Source: Ramazzottius varieornatus (taxonomy: Eukaryota; Animalia; Tardigrada). From it: a stretch of DNA of 64,000 nt. The notes beneath the pieces were generated by a model. The model did not search any database and was not told where the DNA came from. It worked only from the letters and a program-made list of their open reading frames with translations. Shown here piece by piece: positions 52,276-64,000 of the stretch (its first letter is position 1; each line of letters starts with the position of its first letter). The DNA lies in contig BDGG01000007.1 of assembly GCA_001949185.1 (NCBI GenBank), forward strand, positions 747,802 through 811,801, in the 5' to 3' direction. The translations under genes were made by a program, and so were the position numbers.

Positions 52276-54717
52276 TCAGAATATTTTAGTGGTAGTAACT
52301 GTAAAAGTTTTCATCATTATGGTATCGCTACTGTTTCCAATGTACACTTCGAAAGTTCCTGCCTCCACCTTCAGTTTCCACTGCTTGTCCAAGAATCCCA
52401 GATCTCTCCTTGTCAGCACAAAATCCACTCGTTTTCTCTCTTGCACCGCGAGGTTAATTTTTCTGAACCCTCTCAGCTGTCTCACCGGTCGGGTAATACT
52501 GGAGGCCACATCCCGCAGGTACAACTGCACGACCTCTTCACCCTCCCGATTTCCAGTGTTGACCACTTCTACACGAATTCCCAAACTTTCGTCAGCCGTA
52601 AGGGTGGTGGTATTCAGGGTGAAATTTTCGAACGCGAATGTTGTGTAGCTTAGTCCAAATCCAAAGGTATATAGAGGGTCATTTGCCACGTCCAGGTACT
52701 TTGACCGATATCGCTGATCCAACGTCGCGCTACTTTTATCTATAGGTCTTCCCGTGTTCTTCATATCATAATGAATGGGTATTTGTCCCAAGTTCCGCGG
52801 AAAAGACATCGGGAGTTTTCCACTCGGGTTGACGTCACCAAACAACACATCTGCTATCGCATGTCCACCCATTGTGCCAGCTCGCCAGGTCACCAATATG
52901 GCAGGAGCGTTCTCAGCAACCCACTCTATGGTCATAGGTCGACCGTTCATGAGAACCACCACGAACGGTTTTCCGGTTTCTTTTATTCTTTTGAGCAAAT
53001 CCAGTTGCCTGCCTGGAAGGCCAATCATGGACCGAGAGCCGGCTTCGCCCGAGTATTCTTTCGGCTCACCAACCACTACAATGGCGAACCCGGCATAGTT
53101 TACAGCCTCGACTGCTTCGGCGAAGTCTTTATCAGTCGTGCAGTACACCTCGCATCCCTTTTCGTAGATGACGTTGGTATCTGGTAACTTCGCTCGGATA
53201 CCTTGAAGGATGGTTATTGACTCTGAAGGTCGCGCATCAGCTGACCAATGCGACAGGGTTTCATTGGGAGTGCTACCCAAGGCTCCGATTACCGCGATTC
53301 TACGAATGTGTTTGCTTATAGGCAATGTATGGTTTTCATTCTTCAACAAGACGAGGCTTCTGGCTGTGATATTTCGAGCTGCTTGTAAAAACTCCGGTTT
53401 CAGAAATGTGGAGTTCTCCAGCCTTTCATCGACGTACGGGTTATCGAACAGCCCTAATCGGAACTTCGCTCGTAGAACATTCCTCACGGCGTTATCGATA
53501 ACAGTAACCGACACCTTTCCATTTTCCACCAGCTGTCTACCGTGCTGTGCAACACTTCGACTGTTCATCTCCATATCGGTTCCCGCATTGAGGGCATATC
53601 TGGCTGCCTCGCTATCATTAGCCGAGTATTGATGGGCATTCATCTCAATGACGGCATCCCAGTCGCTGACAACCAACCCATCAAATTTCCATTCGTCTCG
53701 CAGCACATCGCGTAACAGCCATTTGTTACCGGTAGCTGGTACGCCGTTCAGCTCGTTGAAGGCTGTCATGAATGAGCCGACACCAGCCTCGACGGCTGCT
53801 TGGAACGGCGGTAAGTAGATCTCGCGCAGGCGTCGCTCGCTCATGTCCACAGTGTTGTAGTCTCGTCCCGCCTCAGCCGCTCCATAGGCCGCAAAATGTT
53901 TAGCACAAGCCATCACCTTGAAGCAAAAACCACAGATTACTCTTATATACGCGTAATATTTCACGCTGTAACAGGACGAAACAGCGGTCCACCTTATCGG
54001 GTCGACTGTAGTCATCACCCTGGAAGCCTCGAACTCGTGCTTTAGCCATCTCACTTCCCAAAAAGACGTCTTCACCGGAACCTTCCATGATACGACCCCA
54101 ACGAGCATCGCGCATGACATCGACCATAGGCGCGAAAGTCCAATGGATGCCCGTCGCACGTGATTCAGTAGCCGCGATCGATGCAGCTAACTCCACAGCA
54201 TCACGGTCCCAGGTGGCGGTCTCGCCGAGCGGGATAGGAAAGAGTGTGCGGTAACCGTGGATGGTGTCGAACCCGTACACAAGCGGAATCTTCAATCGTG
54301 ACTGCATCGCGTGGCGTTGCAATGTGTTGGTAATATGGGCTCCTCGTATGTTCAGCACGGAACCGAGTAAGCCTGCTCTCGCCAAGGCGGCAGTCTCTGG
54401 TAGGAAGTCGCCACCGTTAACGCCGCTGGTTTGTTGGAGTTGACCGATTTTCTCGTCTAGTGTCATTTGTGCCAGTATTTGATTGATGCGACGCTCGATC
54501 TCGACTTCGCTCAACCTCCTCGACATATCATCAATCTTTTCAGGCATTTTCCTAACGCAAAGCGAAAAGAACGGCTTGTCTACTTTTCGGTGACAACAAA
54601 TTCGGCAAAGCACACTTACAAGTAATGTTGAGATTCGTCGCTACTGCTGTCTCCAGAGCGAACAGCGGCGAGAAACAAAGCAAACACGGCGATAGTGAGA
54701 ACCATCTTTCGAGCCAT
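52276..54717 (-). CDS. Secreted GH3 beta-glucosidase, BglX-like, copy A (3 exons: 54717-54620, 54551-53993, 53916-52276; 765 aa)
   Basis: Signal peptide MARKMVLTIAVFALFLAAVRSG; MTLDEKIGQ, SRLKIPL..DTIHG, FAPMVD..RDARWGR..EGSGED, KHF, SDW nucleophile, SLVLLKN, SGEAGSR acid/base, NPSGKLP, Fn3-like EVVQLY..QLRGFRK. Exon lengths sum in frame (98+559+1641). Confidence 0.93.
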
Positions 54718-54999
54718 TATGTTCAGTCAAACCCAGGATCTGTAACTGCGGGATTGGACTAGGAACACGGCTTGGATAGCAGTGGTGTCAAGACTGCTTT
54801 CAAGATTAGAGATCCCAATTTGACTACAGAACATCGGGCAATGTTGCGAAAACCATCAGCGTCACTGCAGCGCGACTTCGACGCGTGATTAGATAACGGC
54901 TGATTAGCCTCTCACTGCTTGCAAACAGCCTTCCGGTCTGAACTTTCGGTGTTGGAATATCCACGAACAGTTATTTAATAAAACAATTGGGATGCGAAG

Positions 55000-57900
55000 G
55001 GCATGTGTAAGAGCGAAGCATGTAGATATTCGCAGCTCGCAAATTCTTCTTTAGTGGCCGGCTTCGTCAGTCGAAAACGATGCTATTCTTTCGCAGCCGA
55101 ACCAATTTCTTTTTTCCACAGGACCAGGAAAGCAAACACGTCGACGGTACAGGCTTTTGATAGGATTGAAAATGACCATAGTGGCAAGCAGTGACGACGA
55201 CAGCATACGGTAAGTTCAATTCTACGTCATAACGATCCTTCCTAATGAGCTGTAATGCGAAAAGCTCGTCCGAGACCAAAACCGAGCGGCTGGCACATCA
55301 GGGGTCAGGTTTATTCTACTTTGGGCACAACAGTACCGATACCTACTTGCGCGTAATGCAAAAACTGCGCATAGGACAAAGAGCTAATTTGCATGAAAGC
55401 CAAGAACGGTCGCACTGCGGGCCAGTGAAACCTGCAAAGAAACCCCCAACGTGCCAGGCTTATATTTGCAATGCTGTGTTGAGTGATACGGCCAGGCTTT
55501 TAACAAAATTAAGGCAAAGATCCGCATGAAGGAATGCGGAAGGGAGGTGGGCGCGGTTGTGTGGGACCAGAGGCCTGCAAGCCACTGCTTTTCCATTACC
55601 GCGCCGAACCCTGTGAACGAGGCGTCAGTGGAGATAACAACCACTGGCCAGCTGGCGCCAAGCTTGCATGGACAAAGGCCGTTGAAAGGGTTTGCAAAAT
55701 CAATCCACCATAGTAGCTCGTTTCTGAGCAGCGTTGTCAGACGAAGGGGGAAATGAGGCTCATCGAAGGTATTGAGCGCCTCAATAAAAAAAGGGGTAAA
55801 TGTGCGAGCTCAATAAATTGCGCGAGATGTAAAAGTCATATGACCAACAATGATTTGCAACTCCCTTTTTGTGACTTTGCGTTTGAGATAATATTCGCTG
55901 CAGGTTGCGAGTAATTTTTGCATTTTATCTTCAGGTAATTCTATTCGCTGAAGGCTCGAGTCAATAATCAGACCGAGAAACTGCACGCGCTGCGTGGGAG
56001 AAATTATTTTGTCCCAGTTATCTGCGAAACCAAGACCCCCAATAAGGCATAGCAAGTATTGATGTGCTGCTTGGCAATGCTTTAAGTCTCTGCCGATGAC
56101 TAAGAAGCCATCTAAATATGCCGCGATATTAAAGCCGGCTCTGCGCATGATGCGGACTATACGCTGCGATATGCGGTTGAAAATGGATGGCGCGTTCGCT
56201 AAGCCAAAACAATGAAAGTTGTCCACGTAGTACTGCGCGGGTTGATGCGGATCAAAAGACCAGTGGAAACCCTGCAGCTGCCTGTGCGGCGAGTATATCG
56301 GCACCCAGCGGTATGCCGACTTTATATCGATGATCGCATGAAAGCAATATCGGACAGATTGGCTAACTGCAGTTTCGACCGTGTCGAACGAGAATCTTTT
56401 CGCGAGGATGTAGGAACTGAGGGAGTTACCAAACGGCCCGCTCATGTCAGTGATCGGCCTCAAGGCCTCACTGTCCTTCTTCTGGACAGCACCGATCGCC
56501 TGAACTCTTAATGGCTTTTGCTCTTGCAAGGTGAAGCGACCCATCTCGACTTTTTCGAGAAAAAGTTTATCGAGCGTGGCATTTGCGTCTGCGCCAATTG
56601 CACTTTTATAATTAACTGCATCAGAAGGTTCGATTAAGCTAAGATCAAAATCGACTAGCTGGAATCCGTATGCTATGCCATTTACAATGAAATCAGTGTC
56701 GCTATCGTTCTGGAGAAAATGATGCCAATATTGAAGATGCATTGTCAAGGAACATCGTGTAGGACGATCTGGATCGCAGGGAAATATTTGTACCGCTAAT
56801 CGAAAAGTTTTCTAAAGACGAATAATCTTTGGTGCCGTTCGCGCTGCCGCTGCTGCTGCTGCTTGCTTGTGCTGCTGATGCCTTGTTGACTTCCTAGATG
56901 TGATTAGCGCTGGCCAGGTCCTCGCTGTTGGGCGAGTTGTTGCTGCTGCTGCTGTTGCTGTTGCTTGATCTTTCCGATATTGCGGCATGTAGAGGACCCG
57001 TGGTTGGTGTAGCTACAGTTGCTGTATTGGTGCACGTAGTTGCATGGAACCCGGGTGCAATTATTGCGCTGGAAATTGATGCAGATTGGTATTCCGTCTT
57101 GCTGAGTAGTGTATTGCTGACCAGTGGACGCAGGCCATTGTTACCCGTATTGTTGCTGCTGTGGTTGCGCGGACCAGTTGCTTCGTCCTTTGGAACGAAA
57201 GAAATAGTTATTTGCTGAGACTTGATCGTATTTCAAGCGAGTCGCTGAGTGAAAATATTTGTCTGCGATTGTGCGGCGAAAATCAGCGTTCAGTTTTTGC
57301 TTCTCGAAAAGTGCGCGCCTTCTAAAATCATCGTCAAATTTCAGGATAGAATTCGCGGTGTAATCGGATTGCTTATGCATCAAGTATTCCAGTTAGTCGC
57401 CGTATTCGGCTCTTGCTTCTTTATGCTCATCAGAAAAACCTGATCGCTGTAGGATGCGCATGCTTTCTGCCATAAAATCAGTAATCGATATCTCTAATGC
57501 CTTAGGCTTTTTCTCCTTCCCTTTTGCATTAATGCGGGGGCAGACCATCTTGTGTGGTCGTGGTAGTTTGCGTGCTTGAGTCGGCAATAATACCAACTTG
57601 CTTTCAGTCTCGCTATCAGTGTCAGAACTAGACTGACCGGAAGTCGAATCCGAGCGGTGATGGTGGTGCTTCTTTTGTCCCTTCCTCGCGCACTGCTGGA
57701 GGCCACCGATCGCCTGTCATCTTCCTCGTGCGTAGTGTCCACTGATGCTTGTCCTTGTGCCCTCTCTCTGCTGCGTCGCTTGACCAGGAGAAGGTTGCGC
57801 AGGTCCGACTGTTGAGCTGTTGATTGAGGATACAAGAAGTCCTTCTTGATGATGACGTCGTCGTCGCGGATGGGCAACTTCAACTCGATGATACGGTCGT

Positions 57901-58400
57901 ACGGGATGCTCTTCAGATCCTTGATGGTCAGGATGTATCCTCCAGCCGGACGTGCCATTGTAGCGTCGGCCAACTTCAGGTCCTCCTTCAGGTCGGTGAT
58001 AGGAGAGTCCTCCGTCAACTTTGCTGCTGGTTGGTCCATTTGGCGTTGGATGTCCCGTGGAACTTGATGGACGTGCTCGGCGGGAAGCTCGTCCAGATTA
58101 TCGATCGCGCGCTTGATCAGTTCGGCCTTGTTTCCGCCCGTAGCCACTCCAAGATCCGTAAGGATGTTGCGGAGCTGGACGTTGGTACGCTGGAGTAATT
58201 CCTCTTCGTTGTACGTGGTGATGCGATACCGGTAATTGTCTGTATGCGGTGATGCAAAACAAAAGTAGCCGGCTGCGATGTGCTGTGTAATGCTAGAGGG
58301 CTGGGAAAATGCGGAGCGATGCGAAGTCAACAAGAAAACAAATGCGAATCAGAAAACAACATGGCGTCACACGTTATAAACAGATTTCCTCCGTGGAGAA
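55000..58400 (-). mobile_element. Decayed DIRS/Ngaro-like retrotransposon inserted between the GH3 paralogs
   Basis: ORF1 fragments with a SAP-like motif, FDDDFRRR, and CINFQRNNCTRVPCNYVH..NC..NHGSSTC zinc finger (after an in-frame TAA at 57141). RT 56748-55810 with DIKSAYR, FGLANAPSIF, YLDG (catalytic YLDD mutated), FLGLIIDS. RNase H STDASFTGFGA..W. No recombinase recognised. Confidence 0.85.
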
Positions 58401-58694
58401 ATCTTTCTCATTTCAATCTGTTTTCTGTTTGACTGAGAAACACGGTTAAGGCTCCTATAGTATCACTGCATGCTGCATACCTGCCAAAAATAACTCGGTA
58501 CAAATAATTTTTACGCTGGCGACAATGAACCAGAACGCTTATTCCCTGCATAAGATCGGTGAACTTCTATTGGAAGCCAGTGCTCGAACATCATGTAAGA
58601 AGTGATTTTAAAACTGCACCACAATAAAGAAGATTCCACCAACATTTTGTGCTTGTAAGTACGAGACTTGGATTGTGCAAAACTAATGGAACGG

Positions 58695-61600
58695 CTAGAA
58701 CACTTTAGTCGTCGAAACCGTGAAGGTTCTTTTTAGTGTGGTATCGCTGCTGTTTCCGATGTAGATCTCAAAGACTCCTGCTTCCACCTTCAGTCTCCAT
58801 TTCTTGTCCAAGAAACCGAAGTCCTTCTTCGTCAAGACGAAGTCCACATGTCTTCTCTGTTGGACATCTAGCCTGATTTTCTTGAACCCTCTGAGTTGCC
58901 TTACTGGTCGCGTGATACTGGAGGCCACATCTCGCAGGTACAACTGCACGATTTCCTCGCCCTCCCGATCGCCTATGTTAACAACCTCGACACGAATCCC
59001 CAGGCTTTCATCCGCCGTGAGCGTCGTAGTATTTATAATAAAATTTTCGAATGCGAACGTTGTGTAGCTCAACCCGTATCCAAACGCATACAGTGGATCG
59101 TTCGGCACGTCGAGGTATTTCGACCTGTAACGCTGAGCCGACGAAGCGCTACTTTTTTCAATCGGTCTTCCGGTGTTCTTCATATCATAATGAATGGGTA
59201 TTTGCCCAGTGCTTCTCGGAAAAGACATCGGGAGTTTACCGCTCGGGTTGACGTCACCAAACAAGACATCAGCCACAGCATGTCCACCCATTGTTCCAGC
59301 TCTCCACGTGACCAGAATCGCTGGTGCATTCTTGGCCAACCATTCAATGGTCATAGGTCGACCGTTCATCAAAATTATCACAAACGGCTTTCCAGTTGCA
59401 TTTATCCGCTTGACCAAGTCCAGCTGTCGTCCTGGTAGGTCGATCACAGCGCGCGATCCGGCTTCCCCCGAATACTGCCTCGGCTCCCCGACCACCACAA
59501 TGGCGAATCCTGTGTAGTTGACAGCCTCGATGGCTTCATCGAAATCCTTGTCGGTAGTACAGTACACTTCGCACCCCTTCTCGAAAATCACGTTCGAGTT
59601 GGGTAATTTCGCTCGGATCCCCTGCAGGATGGTCGTCGAGTCCTCGGCACGTGCGCTACCAGACCAATGGGACAAAGTTTCGTGGTGTGTGTTACCTAGC
59701 GCTCCAATGACGGCAATTCTGCGAATGTTTTTATTGATAGGTAAGATCTGCCTTTCATTCTTTAGAAGCACAAAGCTTTTTGCTGCCATTGTACGAGCGG
59801 CCTGCAGAAACTCCGGTTTCAGTATCGTGACTTGTTCCAGTTCTTCGTCAACGTATGGGTTATCAAACAAGCCTAACCGGAACTTGGCTCGCAAGATATT
59901 CCTGACAGCAGTGTCGATAACATCCATAGCTACCTTTCCCGTCTGTACCAACTGGTTACCATGATCAGCGACGCATTGACTGTTCATCTCCATATCGGTT
60001 CCCGCATTGAGGGCATATCTGGCTGCCTCGCTATCATTAGCCGAGTATTGATGGGCATTCATCTCAATGACGGCATCCCAGTCGCTGACAACCAACCCAT
60101 CAAATTTCCATTCGTCTCGCAGCACATCGCGTAACAGCCATTTGTTACCGGTAGCTGGTACGCCGTTCAGCTCGTTGAAGGCTGTCATGAATGAGCCGAC
60201 ACCAGCCTCGACGGCTGCTTGGAACGGCGGTAAGTAGATCTCGCGCAGGCGTCGCTCGCTCATGTCCACAGTGTTGTAGTCTCGTCCCGCCTCAGCCGCT
60301 CCATAGGCCGCAAAATGTTTGGCACAGGCCATCACCTTTACCCAACAAGAACAGAATGTGTTAGTGAGGTCCGTGCAGCTGAGGGTGAACATGATAGTGC
60401 AATGATCAAGAGGGGGTAGTGTAGATGTAGCTTGACTCAGCTCAGCTTGACTCGACTTAGCCGCGGAAGCCGTTTGACATAACGGCTAGCCGTTATGTCA
60501 AACGGCTTAAGCCGCCTTCACCATGTTTACGCGGCAGGTTTCTAGACCCACATCGATCAATTTTTTTTACAAAGAAAATTCCAGCGAACACTAAAGTTCT
60601 TCTGGTTCATGGATGATTAGAATTTCTAACCTATTGTTGGTACAAGAAACTACCCGAAATTATATTTGTTCTATTTATTACGTATTGCATCGCGTAAGAT
60701 TATGTCATGATGATTGATATCGTAATTCATTATAATCTGGTGGTGAAAAATCAATCGAGCGTTGCTATTTGATGTGTCCGGCAAGTCGACAATAAGCCGG
60801 CTAAGCCATTTGTACAGCCGAGCTGCATCTAGTCTAAAGAGGGGCCGAAACCACCGCATTACTGATACTGAGAGATGTTTTCAAATTACGTTCAGATTAC
60901 AGGAGTCGCAGTTCCAGTGTACCGTAGCTTAACTTCAATGGAATCTCACCTTGTTAGGCTGGCTGTAGTCGTTCCCCTGAAATCCCCGAACTCGCGCTTT
61001 GGCCATCTCACTGCAGAGAAAAACGTCTTCGCCCGAACCTTCCATAACGCGACCCCAACGGGGGTCTCGCATCAGGTCGACCATTGGAGCGAACACCCAG
61101 TGAATACCCGCCGACCGCGATTCAGCTGCGGCTATGGCAGAAGCTTGCTCGACGGCTTCCAAATCCCAAGTCGCGGTTTCGCCCAGTGGGATGGGAAAGA
61201 GAGTCCGGTATCCGTGAATGGTATCGTAGGCAAATATCAGCGGGATTTTTAGTCGCGACGACATCGCATGCCGTTGCAATGTGTTTGTGTTGTTTGCTCC
61301 TCGAACATTGATGACTGACCCAATCAACCCTCTTCGTGCTAAGTCTGCAACCTCAGGCGTGAAGTTTCCCTTGCCATTATGTCCACCTATACCGGTGGTC
61401 TGTTGGATTTGACCAAGCTTTTCTTCAAGTGTCATTTGAACCAGTAGCTCACTGATGCGTCGCTCGATATCTTCATGCCTTCTTGATCTCTTATTGTCAC
61501 TTTCGGCTGTTGCCCTGTTGGAGACAAATAAAGGAATTGGTCAAGGGTAGAGTGGATTTGACGAGGCTTTGGGCGAGCCAATTGGTCAAGTTTTTGGCCA

Positions 61601-62060
61601 AACTTGGTCAATGAAAAACTGGCCAATGGTCAAATCCTTGGTCAATTTTATGATCTTTGGCCATTTTTTGGTCAGCATTTTGAGCAATGGTCAAAATTTT
61701 GGCCAAAAACTTTGACCAACAGCCACATTGGTCAAGCTTTTGGCCAAAGTTTGATTGGTTAAAATCGTTGACCATTGGCGAAACCAATGGTCGGTAATTT
61801 GACCAAAGACGATTGGTCAAACTTCTTTCGAACATTGACCTGTTTTTTGTTGACCAATATTGGCCAAAACGTTAACCAATTGGTCCGACTAAAGCTTGGT
61901 CAAATCCACTCTAACCAAGGGTACCGCAAAACCTGGTTTTGCTTTACTGAAGGCTCACTCACACGCGTATGTCCTCCTTGAGATCGAGATAGATGACTGA
62001 ACAAGAGCACAAGAACACAACCAGCACAAGTACAAGCGCGATGATGATGGTAGTGCTCAT
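58695..62060 (-). CDS. Secreted GH3 beta-glucosidase, BglX-like, copy B (3 exons: 62060-61963, 61514-60950, 60335-58695; 767 aa)
   Basis: Hydrophobic N-terminus MSTTIIIALVLVLVVFLCSCS; same catalytic motifs and same intron phases as copy A; 98+565+1641 nt in frame. Confidence 0.92.
60417..60836. mobile_element. hAT-like MITE in GH3-B intron 2
   Basis: TAGTGTAGATGTAGCTTGACT / AGCCGAGCTGCATCTAGTCTA imperfect TIRs; flanks AAGAGGGG(G) / AAGAGGGG. Confidence 0.65.
61548..61913. mobile_element. hAT-like MITE in GH3-B intron 1 with internal TTGGTCAA/TTGGCCAA/TTGACCAA array
   Basis: TIRs TAGAGTGGATTTGAC / GTCAAATCCACTCTA; flanks GTCAAGGG / ACCAAGGG (6/8 match). Confidence 0.8.
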
Positions 62061-62775
62061 TATATCTAGGAAATTCTCAGTATGCCATATCTGTTAGACA
62101 TTCTTAGATTTTGTCGACACGAATAATTTGGAAATTTAATGCCGGCTGAAATGCATCTTCGTACGTCTTCAGCTCAGTCTAGTCAAAAGTAGACAATCGG
62201 CCCACTAAATCATATCTGATAACCACAGGAGCGGCAGAAACCTAATCCGCTAAGGACTGATTATCTTGTAACGGCCTATTTCAATATGAAAATCACGTTT
62301 CTACCCCTTCATCAGAATGGCAATATGTCTGGGTTACACCAGACACAGTTGTCGCAAACCGTAGTCGCTGTGTCTTTGAAATCGTTTGCGGACCTGTCAA
62401 CTGTCGACTGGTGGGTTGCAGTCTGATGCAGTTCTCGCTTCTATCAGAACACCGACGGATGAACGGAGTCTCAACTCGACACAGTTCTCATGATAACACT
62501 TTTCTGATAAGGAGCATCAGTGGTCAAGCCATCCCCTGCGGTACATGGTGAAAACCCTGCGTCCTGCTATTGCTCAGCCGTTGCACCGCGACGGGGCGCG
62601 GGAGTTACTCTGCGTGTGCTCAGCGAGGGTCGAATGTCAATGCGCTCAGTGGGAATTATGACAAGCTGATCAGGAATCTTACTCCACGTTTTATCTCTTT
62701 GGTGAGCTGGGACAGACAAACCGTTACAAAGCTATTACATATTTGGGCCCTCTGTGCTGTTTTCTGCATCCCTGG

Positions 62776-62847
62776 TTTCGTTTCGCTACCAGTTTGGACA
62801 TTGCTTTGATGTACATAGGAAGTATGTTCGCATGTGTGAATGGTCTG
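62776..62847 (+). pseudogene. Exon resembling the N-terminus of an ABCB/P-glycoprotein transporter (probable relic)
   Basis: FRFATSLDIALMYIGSMFACVNGL followed by a GTACGT donor; the acceptor position reads TGG rather than YAG. Confidence 0.5.
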
Positions 62848-63717
62848 GTACGTACAGCCTCGCTGCGCTGTACAGTAGTTTCCCACCGATCCCTATCCAG
62901 AAACCCTGAAATCCATTATTCAGCTTCGAGCCAGCTGCGACTTGCACCGGCAACAAAACGACGGACTCACTAAAACCGGCAACCAGCTGTCAGTAGAATG
63001 TAGCGCGAAGTAGAAACAGCAAAAACGACTGATCAACCATGCGAATCAACTCGCTGTGGTGAAAACGAAAATAAAATTTCTCCGTGTTGACATTGCCCGC
63101 ACTCTGTACTGCTCACCAAGAGCGCACTTTAAACTGCGCACTGCAAGCCACAGGGTCCGACTCTATCGGAACAGCGCAAGCTACCTCTAGTTTTGTTTTG
63201 AAGTTTCTGGCATCCTTCACTCTTTCTTCGGACATGTTTGATCTTTACTGGAGCATTGGCTCGTTAGCCTTTCTGTTAGGACTGTCGACGGACCTTCCTA
63301 CCTGACTTCGTAAAGTGATCAGCCATCTCGGAGTCTTGGATCAAACGTAGTTGCAGCCTTGCGTGAGAGCTTCCAGCAATCGCTTCAGTGCATTTGACAG
63401 CGAATTCCCTGAGACAGCTCGGCCGATTTGCCCTCGGTTTTCAGGTACAGCCGTAAGGGAACTCCCACCCAGAAAATGTTCAAAGACTTCTCTGACCGCT
63501 CTGCGGTCGAACTTGCTGCATTGATGACGGTGAGTGGTCTGGCTCAATGGGGTTTTTTGCAGAAGATCGGCGAACAAGAATGCGATCATGTTTCACGTAC
63601 CTGCATACACTACAGCGTACAGCTATTGCGGACCAGAAGTACCCATGTTTCACGAGCCTGCATACGCCGAGCCGTACATTTTTCTTGTGTTGTTTTTGCA
63701 GAACAACAGTCCGCAGA

Positions 63718-63913
63718 TGGAATGTCAGATCTGCCTCGCTTTCCTGTTGGACATCCAGCTGTACCCCGGTGTTCCGAACCTTCCCACGGACACCGAGACT
63801 ACTCGTTCTTATGCGGGAAGTTGGTTGCTGATGGGGGATGTGGAAATTTCTTCCACCGAGGCTGCCTCAGCATGGTCATCCGCCACGGCAAACCATGCCC
63901 GAAGTGCACGTAA
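63718..63913 (+). other. RING-finger-like coding fragment, apparently frameshifted
   Basis: MECQICLAFL in one frame and GCGNFFHRGCL...PCPKC* in another. Confidence 0.4.
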
Positions 63914-64000
63914 CTGCTTTCTTAATTTTACTTTTTTCTGCCGAATATTTTGCGTGGCATTGGGAATTCGCTCTAACGTGTCGTCTGGATGCAGTAGAAT

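Noticed and set aside
53917-54159. Programmed frameshift between the overlapping GH3 ORFs
   Set aside because: Explained by a 76-bp GT-AG intron at the same position as the 614-bp intron in the paralog.
52211-59964. Plus-strand ORFs overlapping the GH3 genes and the retroelement
   Set aside because: Antisense shadows of real minus-strand coding sequence.
61548-61913. Repeat array that superficially resembles a CRISPR or iteron array
   Set aside because: Irregular short TTGGTCAA-type motifs bounded by TIRs inside a eukaryotic intron; no constant repeat-spacer period and no cas genes.
52276-62060. Bacterial contaminant contig
   Set aside because: The GH3 genes have in-phase GT-AG introns containing MITEs and sit next to intron-rich host genes and a eukaryotic retrotransposon.

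Overview
Eukaryotic (animal) draft-assembly DNA with short GT-AG introns and two N gaps; the gene content is reminiscent of a tardigrade, but that is inference only. (1) A dispersed cluster of seven receptor-guanylyl-cyclase/natriuretic-peptide-receptor-like (ANF_receptor ectodomain) genes in two subfamilies: five appear intact and two are pseudogenes. After manual splicing, the intact genes encode signal peptide + ectodomain + PxxPxCGFxG juxtamembrane motif + one TM + a very short tail. In four of the five the tail stops just after a W-x-L motif resembling the start of a kinase-homology domain, so they look like 'cyclase-less' receptors. (2) Three bacterial-type secreted genes that look horizontally acquired and domesticated: an intronless GIN/DUF2807-like protein and two tandem 3-exon BglX-like GH3 beta-glucosidases. 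(3) Two decayed tyrosine-recombinase-type (DIRS/Ngaro) retrotransposons, one with a SAP-like motif in ORF1. (4) Many MITEs/foldback elements, including a triple-nested insertion with readable TSDs. (5) Two sharply bounded identical tracts between otherwise diverged paralogs (candidate gene conversion). All exon structures were derived by eye; no database searches were run.
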